DNA of 64,000 bases from an uncultured Methanosarcinales archaeon (GCA_964521755.1 CAZFSZ010000002.1:7549-71548); one strand, 5' to 3'; counted from the stretch's first letter, positions 1-9,443 are shown. Notes: generated by a model from the sequence alone, not told the origin. Numbers and translations are program-made.

Positions 1-294
1 TATTTCCTGAATTTCCTTAAGATATTCTTTGTCTATTTTGTGCTTAATCGCTATCTTTTCCCTAAACATCCTTAGCTTGCTCTCAAATGTATCCTGAAAA
101 GGAGGTATTCTTTTGAACAGCCTTTCATAATACAAGATGGATGCTATAGCATTAGTATATGACAAGAATATATTTTCGATTACTGCCATCAATAATTTAG
201 AATCTTTTACCAAGGGAAAAGTTACAGTCAGCATATGGTCTGCTATTTTCAGATTCTTTTTAGCCTTATCTCTATGTTCTTGAAATCTTTCCAT
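1..294 (-). CDS. hypothetical protein, C-terminally truncated by window edge (start codon at 292-294)
   Basis: Open minus-strand frame from an ATG (revcomp of cat 292-294) to position 1 with no stop. Translation begins MERFQEHRDKAKKNLKIADHML. Sits directly downstream, same strand, of the nucleotidyltransferase gene. Absent from the ORF track, probably because it has no stop in the window. Confidence 0.35.
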   Translation of the reverse strand, partial: MERFQEHRDKAKKNLKIADHMLTVTFPLVKDSKLLMAVIENIFLSYTNAIASILYYERLFKRIPPFQDTFESKLRMFREKIAIKHKIDKEYLKEIQEI

Positions 295-344
295 CTGCCC
301 CTGAGAATATATAATTAGGAGTTAGTTTAAATAGTTTGTGCCAA

Positions 345-1082
345 TTATCTCCATTCAGCAGCCCTTCTCTTCAGATATTTTATATAAATCTCAACTTCAT
401 TACAGAAATCTAAAACTTCTTTTCTTGTCACTTTCTTATATCTTAGTCCCATAGCCTTATGAACGATGTGGTCTGCTTCTTTTGCAAGGTGTTTTGTAAG
501 TTTCTTATAAGAAGGATCAAATTTGAAGCCATATTCTTTTTCAGCTTCAACCCTTACTAACTGCAGAACATGTTTAGAAAAATCTTGTATCGGAAATATT
601 TCTTTGTTGGTTCTTAATTCTTTTATTGATTTTCTGATGACAAAAATCCTTTTTTGAGCTTCTTTTTTTAAATCAATGGATTTTATTGGAAATTTAGAAA
701 AATCTATATTTTTCCCCCACAATTTTTTATAATAAGGTGCGTATTTGATGTAAGTTTCAAGTCCCATGAATCTAGCAATTATCCCTCTCGGTTTTCCTCC
801 ATTCAGCTCATCAATTCCGATTCCCCTGAATCTTGTTTCAAATCCGCCACAAAGTTTGTTTTTCTTTAATTTTAATTTAGAATTGATTTTATCTTCCTCT
901 TTTCTGATATCAAAATCAGAACTGACTATGCCGAAAATATCAATATCACTAAAAGGTGTTCTGTCTTTAGTAAGTGCAGTTCCAGAAAGATATAAAGAAA
1001 TCAATCCTTTATCTTTTAGTTCATCGACAATAAAAGAAGTTATATTTTTGACTATTTTCCTCATCCTGAAATAAGAGAACAT
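345..1082 (-). CDS. nucleotidyltransferase-domain protein (Pol-beta superfamily, GS-x(n)-DxD motif)
   Basis: LYLSGTALTKDRTPFSDIDIFGIV matches the hG[GS]...[DE]h[DE]h signature of Pol-beta-fold nucleotidyltransferases. The C-terminal half is helical. Confidence 0.5.
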   Translation of the reverse strand: MFSYFRMRKIVKNITSFIVDELKDKGLISLYLSGTALTKDRTPFSDIDIFGIVSSDFDIRKEEDKINSKLKLKKNKLCGGFETRFRGIGIDELNGGKPRGIIARFMGLETYIKYAPYYKKLWGKNIDFSKFPIKSIDLKKEAQKRIFVIRKSIKELRTNKEIFPIQDFSKHVLQLVRVEAEKEYGFKFDPSYKKLTKHLAKEADHIVHKAMGLRYKKVTRKEVLDFCNEVEIYIKYLKRRAAEWR

Positions 1083-1083
1083 T

Positions 1084-1422
1084 TTATCCCTGAATATCCA
1101 TTATGGCCTTTGCTATATCTCCTTTTGCAGCTTCTAAAGCTTCCTTTGCCTTTTCGTCATCAACATCTGCCTGCTTTGCAACCGTCTTTATGTCTTCTTC
1201 ACTGATATCAGGGGTTGCATCTAGTTCTCTTTCCTCTACATTTCCACTGACTGTGAACTGCTCCTGGCCCATTGCCTTTACCTTTGCCACAGAAGGTTCT
1301 GTAATCACTATCTCCTTATCATCACATCTGATAATAACTTCATTTGCATCTATCTCTGTCTGGTTGATGCCCATCTTTTTCATCATTTGCTGCATCTTCC
1401 TTGGATTCATTCCTGGCATCAT
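1084..1422 (-). CDS. nac: nascent polypeptide-associated complex protein (NAC alpha; NAC domain plus C-terminal UBA-like)
   Basis: N-terminus MMPGMNPRKMQQMMKKMGI followed by EVIIRCDDKEIVITEPSV; overall layout is typical of archaeal NAC. Confidence 0.8.
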   Translation of the reverse strand: MMPGMNPRKMQQMMKKMGINQTEIDANEVIIRCDDKEIVITEPSVAKVKAMGQEQFTVSGNVEERELDATPDISEEDIKTVAKQADVDDEKAKEALEAAKGDIAKAIMDIQG

Positions 1423-1430
1423 TATATCAC

Positions 1431-1604
1431 CTATATTCCCAAAAGTTTATTTCCAAATAAATGAAGAACTATCATGATTATTATCACTATAACACACAAT
1501 ACAATTATCATTCCTGGATTAAAGGTTAGTTTGCTTTTATATTCATCAAAATACCTTACTAATCCCCCCATTCCGCTGGGCATACTTACTTTGTCATTAG
1601 CCAT
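1431..1604 (-). CDS. secG: preprotein translocase subunit Sec61beta (SecG, archaeal), 57 aa
   Basis: Manual translation of the minus strand gives MANDKVSMPSGMGGLVRYFDEYKSKLTFNPGMIIVLCVIVIIIMIVLHLFGNKLLGI. The SxxGLxRYFDE motif plus a single C-terminal TM helix is the Sec61beta signature. Below the 60-aa ORF-track cutoff. Confidence 0.7.
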   Translation of the reverse strand: MANDKVSMPSGMGGLVRYFDEYKSKLTFNPGMIIVLCVIVIIIMIVLHLFGNKLLGI

Positions 1605-1627
1605 TTGATCACCTTATGATTAAGATA

Positions 1628-1973
1628 GGTAGAGAAGCGATAAGCCACCTTTTGTCAGCCTCCACGCATCACATGGGCAGACTGCCTTAACATTCTACTT
1701 AGCGTGCTCAACGGCACTTGCACCAGTCAGGATTCGGATTTCACCGCTCCCATAACCAACGTCAAAGGATTAACTCACTTGCTTCGCAGCAAAGCTTCGC
1801 CATATCATCCTCAGTTATGGACGTGTTTTTCTGACCCATTGCCGCAGATTTCTCCGCCTGCCATAACAGCAGTGACACATAATCAGTGGGTGGACTTTCC
1901 TCAGCGATATTTTAAAAAACATCTGTTTAAAGATGTTAAATCAAATCACCGTCAGTTAAGTGCTTCCCCTACC
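1628..1973 (-). ncRNA. rnpB: RNase P RNA
   Basis: GC-enriched ~346-nt island in AT-rich DNA. The minus strand carries GAGGAAAGUCC (CR-I, plus coords ~1892-1902) and ACAAAAGGUGGCUUAUCG (CR-V-like, ~1638-1660). The 5' end GGUAGGGGAAGC pairs with the 3' end GCUUCUCUACC (P1). An internal GGGAGCGGUGAAAUCCG...GGUGCAAGUGCCG resembles the conserved GNRA/P10-12 region. The overlapping ORF 1704..1976 is spurious. Confidence 0.8.
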
Positions 1974-1988
1974 TAAAATTATAAATTT

Positions 1989-2879
1989 TTAATGGTTTAA
2001 AAAGGTTTCTACTCTCAGAACTTCCCCTCCATGCTTAATCTCTCTTTCTTTTTCAAATCCAGAAACATAGGCTTTTCCTTTGCTAAACTCAACAACACAA
2101 TCAGCCTCAACTTTGTCAATATCAACTTTAACTCCTGCAACTTTTGCATTCATCCCTATAACTTTTGCATAACCTTCAGAATCAAAAGCATGCACATCAA
2201 CTTCTCTCTCTTCTTCATCTTCAAACTTATAATCAAAAAATTTCAAAAAAGGAAATTTATCTTTATTGTAATGATTGACGCTTTTGCCGCTTCCAAAAAG
2301 AGCTGCCTCGATAGCGATTGTTCCTGTCTTGGCATTAAGGTTCAAAAAACTCTTTGAAAAATCATAATCACTTAATCTAACCAAAGCATAAGCTATTGTT
2401 CCTTTCAGATCATCTCTTGTTAATTTAATCTTATAATCTCTTTTGCTTATATCTCCTGAAAAATCAATCCCAACATAACACCTGTCTTTATAGATATAAA
2501 CAAAAACAGTAACATCTGGATTGTCCAGATTTACTTTTCCTACTATTTCATCTCCAGTCGCTTTCTGGACTTCTACATTATCTAACCTATTCTCTATAAT
2601 CTCGCTTCTTGCTGCAAAACTTTTTCCATCCAACCACTTAGAAAAATCAATTTCCTCAATCCTTTTCAAATCAGATATATCTTTTATGTTAAACTCATCC
2701 AGCAAAACTAAAACCCTGTTAGCTCCCTGGCATAGATAACAATACTTTGCTAATTCATTCTTAGAACATTCAAAAACACAGCAGCTTTCCTTGACAGAAA
2801 CTTTCTTTCCTATCAGCTCTTTGATCTCAAAAGCAGTGATGTCCTCCATACCTTTATAAGAAATTGATAACGCCTTCAT
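1989..2879 (-). CDS. THUMP-domain protein (Trm14/RlmL-like N-terminal region; methyltransferase motif degenerate)
   Basis: N-terminal [17 protein letters not shown] and a mid-region VGIDFSGD...RDYKIKL...[11 protein letters not shown] resemble THUMP plus the linker of UPF0020 RNA methylases. The DPxCGSGT motif is not recognisable. Confidence 0.4.
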   Translation of the reverse strand: MKALSISYKGMEDITAFEIKELIGKKVSVKESCCVFECSKNELAKYCYLCQGANRVLVLLDEFNIKDISDLKRIEEIDFSKWLDGKSFAARSEIIENRLDNVEVQKATGDEIVGKVNLDNPDVTVFVYIYKDRCYVGIDFSGDISKRDYKIKLTRDDLKGTIAYALVRLSDYDFSKSFLNLNAKTGTIAIEAALFGSGKSVNHYNKDKFPFLKFFDYKFEDEEEREVDVHAFDSEGYAKVIGMNAKVAGVKVDIDKVEADCVVEFSKGKAYVSGFEKEREIKHGGEVLRVETFLNH

Positions 2880-5299
2880 TCTTTTATCTTAGCAGCAGAG
2901 GAAACCTTGTCTCCATCTTTCAGCTTCATAATTCTCACTCCCTGCGTTGCTCTTCCTATCTTAGAAATATCTTCTGCCTTGAACCTTATCCCAATACCTT
3001 TTCTGGTTATAAGCATAAGCTGATCCTCATCTTTTACATCTTTTATCCCTATAACATTTCCGTTTCTTTCAGTGCACTTGATGTTGATCACTCCTTTTCC
3101 TCCTCTTTTGATCAGCCTGTATTTGGAAATATCTGTTCTTTTTCCATATCCGTTTTCAGTTATAGTGAACAAAGATTCGTTTTCCTTAGCAAGGACCATT
3201 CCTACCACCTTGTCATCTTTTCTCAGTCTTATGCCTCTTACACCTCTTGCAGTCCTTCCCATGCTTCTTACATCTTTTTCTTTAAATCTGATAGCCTTTC
3301 CCTTCCTTGTTGCAAGGATTATATTTGATTCTCCTCCAGTCTTTTTGACGCCTATAAGTTCATCATTTTTTTTAAGGCTTAGTGCAATTATCCCTCCTTT
3401 TCTTGGCCTTGAGAATTCTTCTATTGAAGTTTTCTTTACAATGCCTTTCTTGGTCGCCATAAACAGGTATCCTTCTTTGAATTTTTTAACAGGAACATAA
3501 GCAGTTACTTTTTCTTCCTCTCCCAATCTTAATATATTAACAATGGCCTGTCCTTTTGCAGTCCTTCCTGCTTCAGGAATCTCATACACTTTCAGCCACT
3601 TTACCTTTCCTTTGTTTGTAAAAAATAATACATAAGAATGTGTATTAGCTACAAAAATATCTTCGACAAAATCTTCATCTTTTGTCTTTGCTGCAATCAA
3701 TCCTTTTCCTCCCCTTCTCTGTGCCCTATAAGTTCCAATTGGCAGCCTCTTGATATAACCTGAATGTGTTATGCTTATTACCATATCTTCTGGTTTAATC
3801 AAATCTTCTTTTTCTAGTTCTTCTTCCATTTCAACTATCTCTGTTCTTCTTTCATCGCCATAGTTTTCTTTTAATTCTTTTAATTCTTCTTTTATTATTT
3901 TCAAAATCTCATTTTCATCAGCAAGTATCATTTGCAGCTCTTCTATGATTTTTACTAATGATTTATGTTCTTTTTTTATCTTCTCTTGTTCTAATCCTGT
4001 AAGTCTCTGCAGTTTCATATCTAATATAGCTGTTGCCTGTTTATCGCTTATTTCCAGGCTTAAAATCAACTTTTTCTTTGCTTCTTTTGCACTCTCACTC
4101 TCTTTTACTATCTTTATTGTATTATCAATATTTTTCAATGCAATCAAAAGTCCTTTCAAGATATGATCTCTGTCCTGTGCTTTTTTTAAGTCAAACTTTG
4201 TTCTTTTTCTTACAATATTTCTCCTGTGATTGATATAATGCTCCAAAACATCTTTTAAATTAAGAACCCTGGGTTCATTATCAACTAAAGCAAGCAAATT
4301 AACCCCAAATGTAGTCTTTAATCTTGTGTGTTTCATCAGCTGATTCAATACAATGTCTTCATTGGCGTCTTTTTTTAGAGTAATTACAATTCTCATTCCT
4401 TTCTTGTTGCTTTCATCTCTTAAATCTGAAATCCCGCTAACTTTTCCGTCGCTGACCAGATTGGCTATCTCCTCTATTAAACTTGATTTATTCACCATAT
4501 AAGGTATCTCAGTAACAATTATCTTCTTTTTTTCCCCTTCCTCTATCTCTGTTCTTGATTTTACCAGGATCCTTCCTTTTCCTTTCTTATATGCATTCTT
4601 TATTCCTTCTTTTCCTGTAATGATCCCTGCAGTTGGAAAATCAGGCCCCTTGACAAACTTCATTAAATCCTCAATTTCAGCTTCAGGATTCTCAATCAAA
4701 TAAACTGCAGCATCAGCTACTTCATTCAAATTGTGGGGGGGGATATTGGTTGCCATTCCAACCGCTATTCCAGAACTGCCGTTTATCAAAAGATTGGGAA
4801 TTTTTGCAGGCAAAAAAACAGGTTCTTTCAGACTGCCGTCAAAATTAGGGATAAACTTGACTGTCTTCTTGTCAATATCCTGCAGCATCTCTTCGCTTAA
4901 TTTGCTTAGCTTTGCCTCTGTATACCTCATTGCAGCTGCTGAATCTCCGTCAATACTTCCAAAGTTTCCCTGCCCTCTTATAAGAGGCATTCTCATACTA
5001 AAATCTTGGGTCATCCTCACAAGAGAATCATAGACCGCAGTATCTCCATGTGGATGATATTTTCCTAAAACCTCTCCGACAATCCTTGCAGATTTCTTGA
5101 AAGGCTTGTTGTGGAACATCCCCATTTTGTACATTGCATAAAGTATTCTTCTGTGAACTGGTTTTAATCCATCTTTTGCATCAGGCAGAGCCCTTCCTAC
5201 AATAACAGACATAGAATAATCTAGATAAGAGGTCTTCATCTCATCTTCAATTACCTGCTGGACAATTCTTTCCTTTGACTCTGCTTCAGTTCCTGCCAT
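2876..5299 (-). CDS. gyrA: DNA gyrase subunit A
   Basis: 807 aa. N-terminus [32 protein letters not shown] (active-site Tyr region), GyrA box-like QRRGGKG, and a C-terminal beta-pinwheel with repeats. Confidence 0.9.
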   Translation of the reverse strand: MAGTEAESKERIVQQVIEDEMKTSYLDYSMSVIVGRALPDAKDGLKPVHRRILYAMYKMGMFHNKPFKKSARIVGEVLGKYHPHGDTAVYDSLVRMTQDFSMRMPLIRGQGNFGSIDGDSAAAMRYTEAKLSKLSEEMLQDIDKKTVKFIPNFDGSLKEPVFLPAKIPNLLINGSSGIAVGMATNIPPHNLNEVADAAVYLIENPEAEIEDLMKFVKGPDFPTAGIITGKEGIKNAYKKGKGRILVKSRTEIEEGEKKKIIVTEIPYMVNKSSLIEEIANLVSDGKVSGISDLRDESNKKGMRIVITLKKDANEDIVLNQLMKHTRLKTTFGVNLLALVDNEPRVLNLKDVLEHYINHRRNIVRKRTKFDLKKAQDRDHILKGLLIALKNIDNTIKIVKESESAKEAKKKLILSLEISDKQATAILDMKLQRLTGLEQEKIKKEHKSLVKIIEELQMILADENEILKIIKEELKELKENYGDERRTEIVEMEEELEKEDLIKPEDMVISITHSGYIKRLPIGTYRAQRRGGKGLIAAKTKDEDFVEDIFVANTHSYVLFFTNKGKVKWLKVYEIPEAGRTAKGQAIVNILRLGEEEKVTAYVPVKKFKEGYLFMATKKGIVKKTSIEEFSRPRKGGIIALSLKKNDELIGVKKTGGESNIILATRKGKAIRFKEKDVRSMGRTARGVRGIRLRKDDKVVGMVLAKENESLFTITENGYGKRTDISKYRLIKRGGKGVINIKCTERNGNVIGIKDVKDEDQLMLITRKGIGIRFKAEDISKIGRATQGVRIMKLKDGDKVSSAAKIKE

Positions 5300-5335
5300 T
5301 TTGACGAGAAATTCTAATTAAAATAAAACCCTGAT

Positions 5336-5347
5336 CCTTTATAAAGG
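5336..5347 (-). promoter_or_regulatory. putative BRE/TATA promoter element for gyrA (palindromic CTTTATAAAGG)
   Basis: TTTATAAA lies ~35-45 nt upstream of the gyrA ATG (5299) in the intergenic region. Confidence 0.3.
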
Positions 5348-5398
5348 TTTGGGTTGTAAATAGCCTTCTCAGGCTCTCTATTACTTGAATTCTATAAT

Positions 5399-5596
5399 TC
5401 AGTTATTTTTAATTTTTTTCAAAATATTCCCTTTTATCTTAAAGCTTCTGCCGCAGTAAACACATCTTTTTCTTTTATCTTTCAGTCCGTATCCTTTCAT
5501 CTTTTGGTACTTCATATTTTGTTTGCAGTGGGGGCATTTAACTAAAAACATGTTTGTATGCCTGATTTTTAATCTACTTAAATTTTTCCATAACAA
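5399..5596 (-). CDS. small zinc-ribbon protein
   Basis: CPHC...x18...CVYC gives two CxxC pairs in a 65-aa basic protein. Confidence 0.45.
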   Translation of the reverse strand: MLWKNLSRLKIRHTNMFLVKCPHCKQNMKYQKMKGYGLKDKRKRCVYCGRSFKIKGNILKKIKNN

Positions 5597-5707
5597 GATT
5601 TATATAATTATAAAAAAGAAAATTGGCATGAAAAAACCTCAAATAACAAAAATAAAATCCTTTTTCTAAAATATTTATTAAAAAAGAGCAGCTGGATAAT
5701 TGCTTTA

Positions 5708-6073
5708 ATGTTAACTCTCATTATCTTTTATTTTTCTACAAGAGCCTGGCAAAACCCTGTTATGAAAGAAATAAAAAGAAATGCTTTCTTCGGTGTAGAT
5801 TACCTGCATATAGTTGAATTTTTTGTTGCTGGTTTGTTCATAACTTTTGCATTCTTTTTTTACCCAAAAACAAAAAAATCGTATCTTGTATATTCCATAG
5901 CGTCTGTTGTCTTCATTGCTGTTGCTGATGAAATATTTGTCCAGTCATTTATCCCCACAAGAACGCCGGATATCAATGATCTGATAAAAGACATGATTGG
6001 ATTTGTACTTGCATTATTTTGTTTCCTAATAATTAAAGAAGCATACCTCAATAAGTTTGGTCATTCAGAATAA
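5708..6073 (+). CDS. VanZ-like family membrane protein
   Basis: ~120 aa with 3-4 TM segments and a PTRTPDINDLIKDMIGF motif resembling the VanZ R-x-D-x-D/N-G signature. Confidence 0.4.
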   Translation: MLTLIIFYFSTRAWQNPVMKEIKRNAFFGVDYLHIVEFFVAGLFITFAFFFYPKTKKSYLVYSIASVVFIAVADEIFVQSFIPTRTPDINDLIKDMIGFVLALFCFLIIKEAYLNKFGHSE

Positions 6074-6891
6074 AATTCTTTTTTTCCCTCTTTTTCAATG
6101 TCTTCAATATCTTTCTCTATATCTTCTAATTCTTTGTCTTCTTTTTTTTGGATATCATCAATCTCTTCTTTTGACTGGGTTGGGTCTGGAACAGGTGGCT
6201 TTTTGGGGCAGGGATTGTCTTCCTTATCTTTCTCTTTTAACTGGGTTGGGTCTGGAACAGGTGGCTTGCGATCGTCTTGATTTTCTTTTTCTTTCTTCTT
6301 TTTTTCTTTCTTTTTTATTTCTGCTTCTTTTATCTTCTTTTCTGCTTCATCAATCTCTTTTTCGGTTTCATCCAGCTTCTTCTGCTCTTTTTCAGACATC
6401 ACGTTTCTGAATACCTCTTTTGCATCCTGTTTAGAAGGCAGATCAAAATAATTAAAAAACTTTTGAGTTAATGTTATCTTGTTTGTTCTGCCGTATTTTG
6501 TCCTGGAGATAAAGCCCATCTCTTCAAGCTCTTTCAGATGACCGTAAGCTTTGTTGTGCCTTATCTTTATTGCATCTGCCTGAAGTATTGGATATTTCCA
6601 TGCAACAACTGCCAGTGTCTCCATCAAAGGCTTATTCAGTTCTGTCTGGTTAACAACTTTCCTTACCATAGGCAGATAATGATCTTTTACTGTAAGCTTC
6701 CAATGACCTTCTCCTTCATCATGCAGGACCATAGAACTACCTTTTGCCTCATATTCAGTCTTAAGTTCATTCAGTGCATTTTTAATCTTGCTTTCGCTTC
6801 TTATTCCTGTAATCTTGGAAATCTCATCTACATGAATTCTTTTGCCAACTGTAAAAAGCAAGGCTTCAATCTTGTTCTTTTCGTTTGTCAT
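6061..6891 (-). CDS. scpB: segregation and condensation protein B (ScpB) with repetitive proline/lysine-rich C-terminal tail
   Basis: The N-terminal KIEALLFTVGKRIHVDEISKITG is the ScpB hallmark (EALLF), followed by two winged-helix regions. The C-terminal ~100 aa are low complexity and carry a duplicated KPPVPDPTQ unit. Confidence 0.7.
   Translation of the reverse strand: MTNEKNKIEALLFTVGKRIHVDEISKITGIRSESKIKNALNELKTEYEAKGSSMVLHDEGEGHWKLTVKDHYLPMVRKVVNQTELNKPLMETLAVVAWKYPILQADAIKIRHNKAYGHLKELEEMGFISRTKYGRTNKITLTQKFFNYFDLPSKQDAKEVFRNVMSEKEQKKLDETEKEIDEAEKKIKEAEIKKKEKKKKEKENQDDRKPPVPDPTQLKEKDKEDNPCPKKPPVPDPTQSKEEIDDIQKKEDKELEDIEKDIEDIEKEGKKEFYSE
6175..6267. repeat. 66-nt-period direct repeat (two copies; 27-nt identical core CTGGGTTGGGTCTGGAACAGGTGGCTT) inside the scpB tail
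   Basis: Identical 27-mers at 6175-6201 and 6241-6267. They encode the duplicated KKPPVPDPTQ peptide on the minus strand. Confidence 0.8.
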
Positions 6892-7489
6892 TTTTTATCC
6901 AAACATAAGAATTGTCCTCTTTTTTGATATATTCTTTATCAACAAGTTGTTTTAAGAATTTCTTCATATCTTCTTCAGACATACCTGTATACCTTGACAG
7001 GATATCAAGTTTTTTGGCGCCCCCCTTAAGCAATAAAGCTACAAGATTGACTGCCAAAGAAAATTCATTCTTTTTCAGCAACTTGTTTTCAGTATTCAGC
7101 TGTTTAACTGCCATGTCTAATTTATGCAGTTTTCCCTGCAGATCATTCATTATGGTTGTAATATCTGTGCTTTTCATCTTAAATTCTTCTGGAGCGATAA
7201 TCTCAATAGAACTTGGCATATAATCAAAACAAAAACCGACCAATACAGGAATATTTTTAGCTAATATTTCCAGCTCAACAAAAGCAGCAAAAAGTCCTTT
7301 TTCACTTTCTTCAACTTTTTTTGCTTCATTAAATTTTTCACTCAAAATCTCTAAGTCGTCATTGCTCTTCATATGTTCAATATATTTTTTAAGTGTATTC
7401 TCTATATGTTCTTTAGGTTTTCCCATTAATTCTACTATAACTCTGCCTTGGATATATCCCTGCTCTAGCTTTTCTTTTACATCTACCAT
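6866..7489 (-). CDS. putative kleisin ScpA-like protein (helical N-region plus C-terminal winged helix)
   Basis: Immediately upstream of scpB with a 26-nt overlap, the classic scpA-scpB arrangement. The C-terminal LSRYTGMSEEDMKKFLKQLVDKEYIKKED looks like a winged helix. No strong sequence motif, so the assignment is positional. Confidence 0.35.
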   Translation of the reverse strand: MVDVKEKLEQGYIQGRVIVELMGKPKEHIENTLKKYIEHMKSNDDLEILSEKFNEAKKVEESEKGLFAAFVELEILAKNIPVLVGFCFDYMPSSIEIIAPEEFKMKSTDITTIMNDLQGKLHKLDMAVKQLNTENKLLKKNEFSLAVNLVALLLKGGAKKLDILSRYTGMSEEDMKKFLKQLVDKEYIKKEDNSYVWIKNDKRKEQD

Positions 7490-7512
7490 AATTAAAATAA
7501 TATAAGAACCAT

Positions 7513-9393
7513 TTAAAAAGTTTTTGTCAATACCAATATAACTACAGCTAAACCCAAGGCAAAAATAAAAAAACCAGGAACCAGTCTTTTTGCTTTAAAA
7601 GAAGTAGATTCATATATCAGCGCCTCTTTTAATCTGATTAGATTTGATTTTTCTTTAAGATTTTCTTCTTCCAAGAAGTCCTCTGCTGTATCATCAACCT
7701 CTTCTATAATCCTTATTTTTTCAGTTATCTCTTTCAATGTTTTCTGGTTGTTTTTTCTTATCTTGACCTTAAGATTATAGTCTCCCTGTTCTGCTTCTGT
7801 CAATTGATTGCTAAGCTTAATGGTTTCAGAGCTTCCTTCACCCAATACAATACTTTTTTTATTTTCTTCTCTTTTCCCGCTGTAACATTTAGGGCCCCTG
7901 TAAACGTAACTCCATATATCGATATCATAGTCCTCATCATCATTATTCTCTAGACTAACTTTGATATCAAATTCTTCTCCTGCCTTTACCTCATCAGGTT
8001 TTGAGATAATTTCATATTCAAATTTATTTGAAAAAATTCTGCTTTTCTCCACTTCAACTTTCTCGCATAAAGAATCCGTGATATCCTCTACCTCAAATGG
8101 AAATGAATCCTCTGCAGTATCTTCACTTGTCCATCCTACAAAAACATCATATTCTCCAAAATCATATTTTTCATTGCAGTTGGGATAAAGCTGTATAGGA
8201 ACAGCTGCTGATATATTTGTATACTTTGTAGAGATTGTGATCTTGGATTCTTTGCTTATCTTCTCGTCTCCGTCAGCAGCCCAGAATCTCAATACACTTT
8301 TTGTCTCGTCTCCCTTATAAAGGCTAACTTTTGCTCTTATTGTCTGCCCAAATTTTGCTTTGTCATCTGAACCAAGATCATATATCTTTTCTATATTAAA
8401 TTTAGATTCTTTTACTTTAGAATAATCCTTATTTTCTTCTCCGGGAGTAGGCATAGTTCTCTGCCAGTTTTCATTTACTTTCGCCCATGAACTTCCCTCA
8501 TCTGCTCCTTCATAACTCACTTTATCTGCCAAAAAAGAACCCTCGTCATAAAATTTTAATTCTTCAAAACCTTCATTATTTAGAAAACCTGAAAAGCCGT
8601 TTGTATAAACAGCCAAAAAACCTTTAGAGCTTATTATGGTGCTGCCGATTGTTGTAGTATCTGTAATATATATTCTGTGCCCCTGCAAATCTTCTAAAAA
8701 AGAATTTTGAAGATTTATATTACTTTCTCCGGAATTATAAAGCTCAATCCATTCTCCTTGAGGCATAGGAGCATCATCATTCCCATGAGGATCAGGTAAA
8801 AACTCACTGATTTTTATAACACTGTAATCTATCTCATCTGTACCATAAATACTGTTCTGCTTTCCGGGTGTTCCTCCAGCAATAAAACTTGCCCCCCAAT
8901 TATTCCAAGTATTGTCTTCAGAAAATGATATTTTCTCTAATGTATAATTATCTCCATTGCCCCCCCAGTTAGAGCTGTAATCCAGCATATCAATATATTC
9001 CCCGTCTGTAAGGATTATGCTGTCCACTGAATTCTTTAAAGAAAGAGACAAATCATAAGCACTAAAATTTCCGTCAGAAAAATTCCATATTCTGTCGTCA
9101 TTTCCCCAGCAAGCTTCAAAACTTTCGTTGTCCTTGTCAGCTCCGTCTATTAATTCATCAGCCAATATTATATATTCTCCAGCTCCGATAAAAATATATT
9201 CTAAACTCTCCCCATTTAATGTCCATCCTGTTAAGTTTACAGCTTCATCTCCAGAATTATACAGCTCAATCCATTCACAGTCATAATCATCACATTGTCC
9301 TGGATTGTACATCACTTCATTTATAATGACATCAGCAGCAGAAATATCTATAAAACAGAATGCAATAAAACACAAAAATACAAATTTATTCAT
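7513..9393 (-). CDS. secreted cell-surface protein with two lamin-tail domains (LTD) and a PGF-CTERM-like C-terminal anchor
   Basis: Signal peptide MNKFVFLCFIAFCFIDISA. Two copies of the LTD signature: INEVMYNP...EWIELYNSGDEAVNLTGW and ISEFLPDP...EWIELYNSGESNINL. The C-terminus is RLVPGFFIFALGLAVVILVLTKTF (PGF then TM then basic). Confidence 0.65.
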   Translation of the reverse strand: MNKFVFLCFIAFCFIDISAADVIINEVMYNPGQCDDYDCEWIELYNSGDEAVNLTGWTLNGESLEYIFIGAGEYIILADELIDGADKDNESFEACWGNDDRIWNFSDGNFSAYDLSLSLKNSVDSIILTDGEYIDMLDYSSNWGGNGDNYTLEKISFSEDNTWNNWGASFIAGGTPGKQNSIYGTDEIDYSVIKISEFLPDPHGNDDAPMPQGEWIELYNSGESNINLQNSFLEDLQGHRIYITDTTTIGSTIISSKGFLAVYTNGFSGFLNNEGFEELKFYDEGSFLADKVSYEGADEGSSWAKVNENWQRTMPTPGEENKDYSKVKESKFNIEKIYDLGSDDKAKFGQTIRAKVSLYKGDETKSVLRFWAADGDEKISKESKITISTKYTNISAAVPIQLYPNCNEKYDFGEYDVFVGWTSEDTAEDSFPFEVEDITDSLCEKVEVEKSRIFSNKFEYEIISKPDEVKAGEEFDIKVSLENNDDEDYDIDIWSYVYRGPKCYSGKREENKKSIVLGEGSSETIKLSNQLTEAEQGDYNLKVKIRKNNQKTLKEITEKIRIIEEVDDTAEDFLEEENLKEKSNLIRLKEALIYESTSFKAKRLVPGFFIFALGLAVVILVLTKTF

Positions 9394-9443
9394 CAGCAGC
9401 TCCCTATCACTCCCTAATTATTGATATAAATTATTCATTATTT

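Noticed and set aside
1704-1976. 90-aa plus-strand ORF
   Set aside because: It overlaps the RNase P RNA gene, is GC-rich unlike real CDS here, and has an implausible composition.
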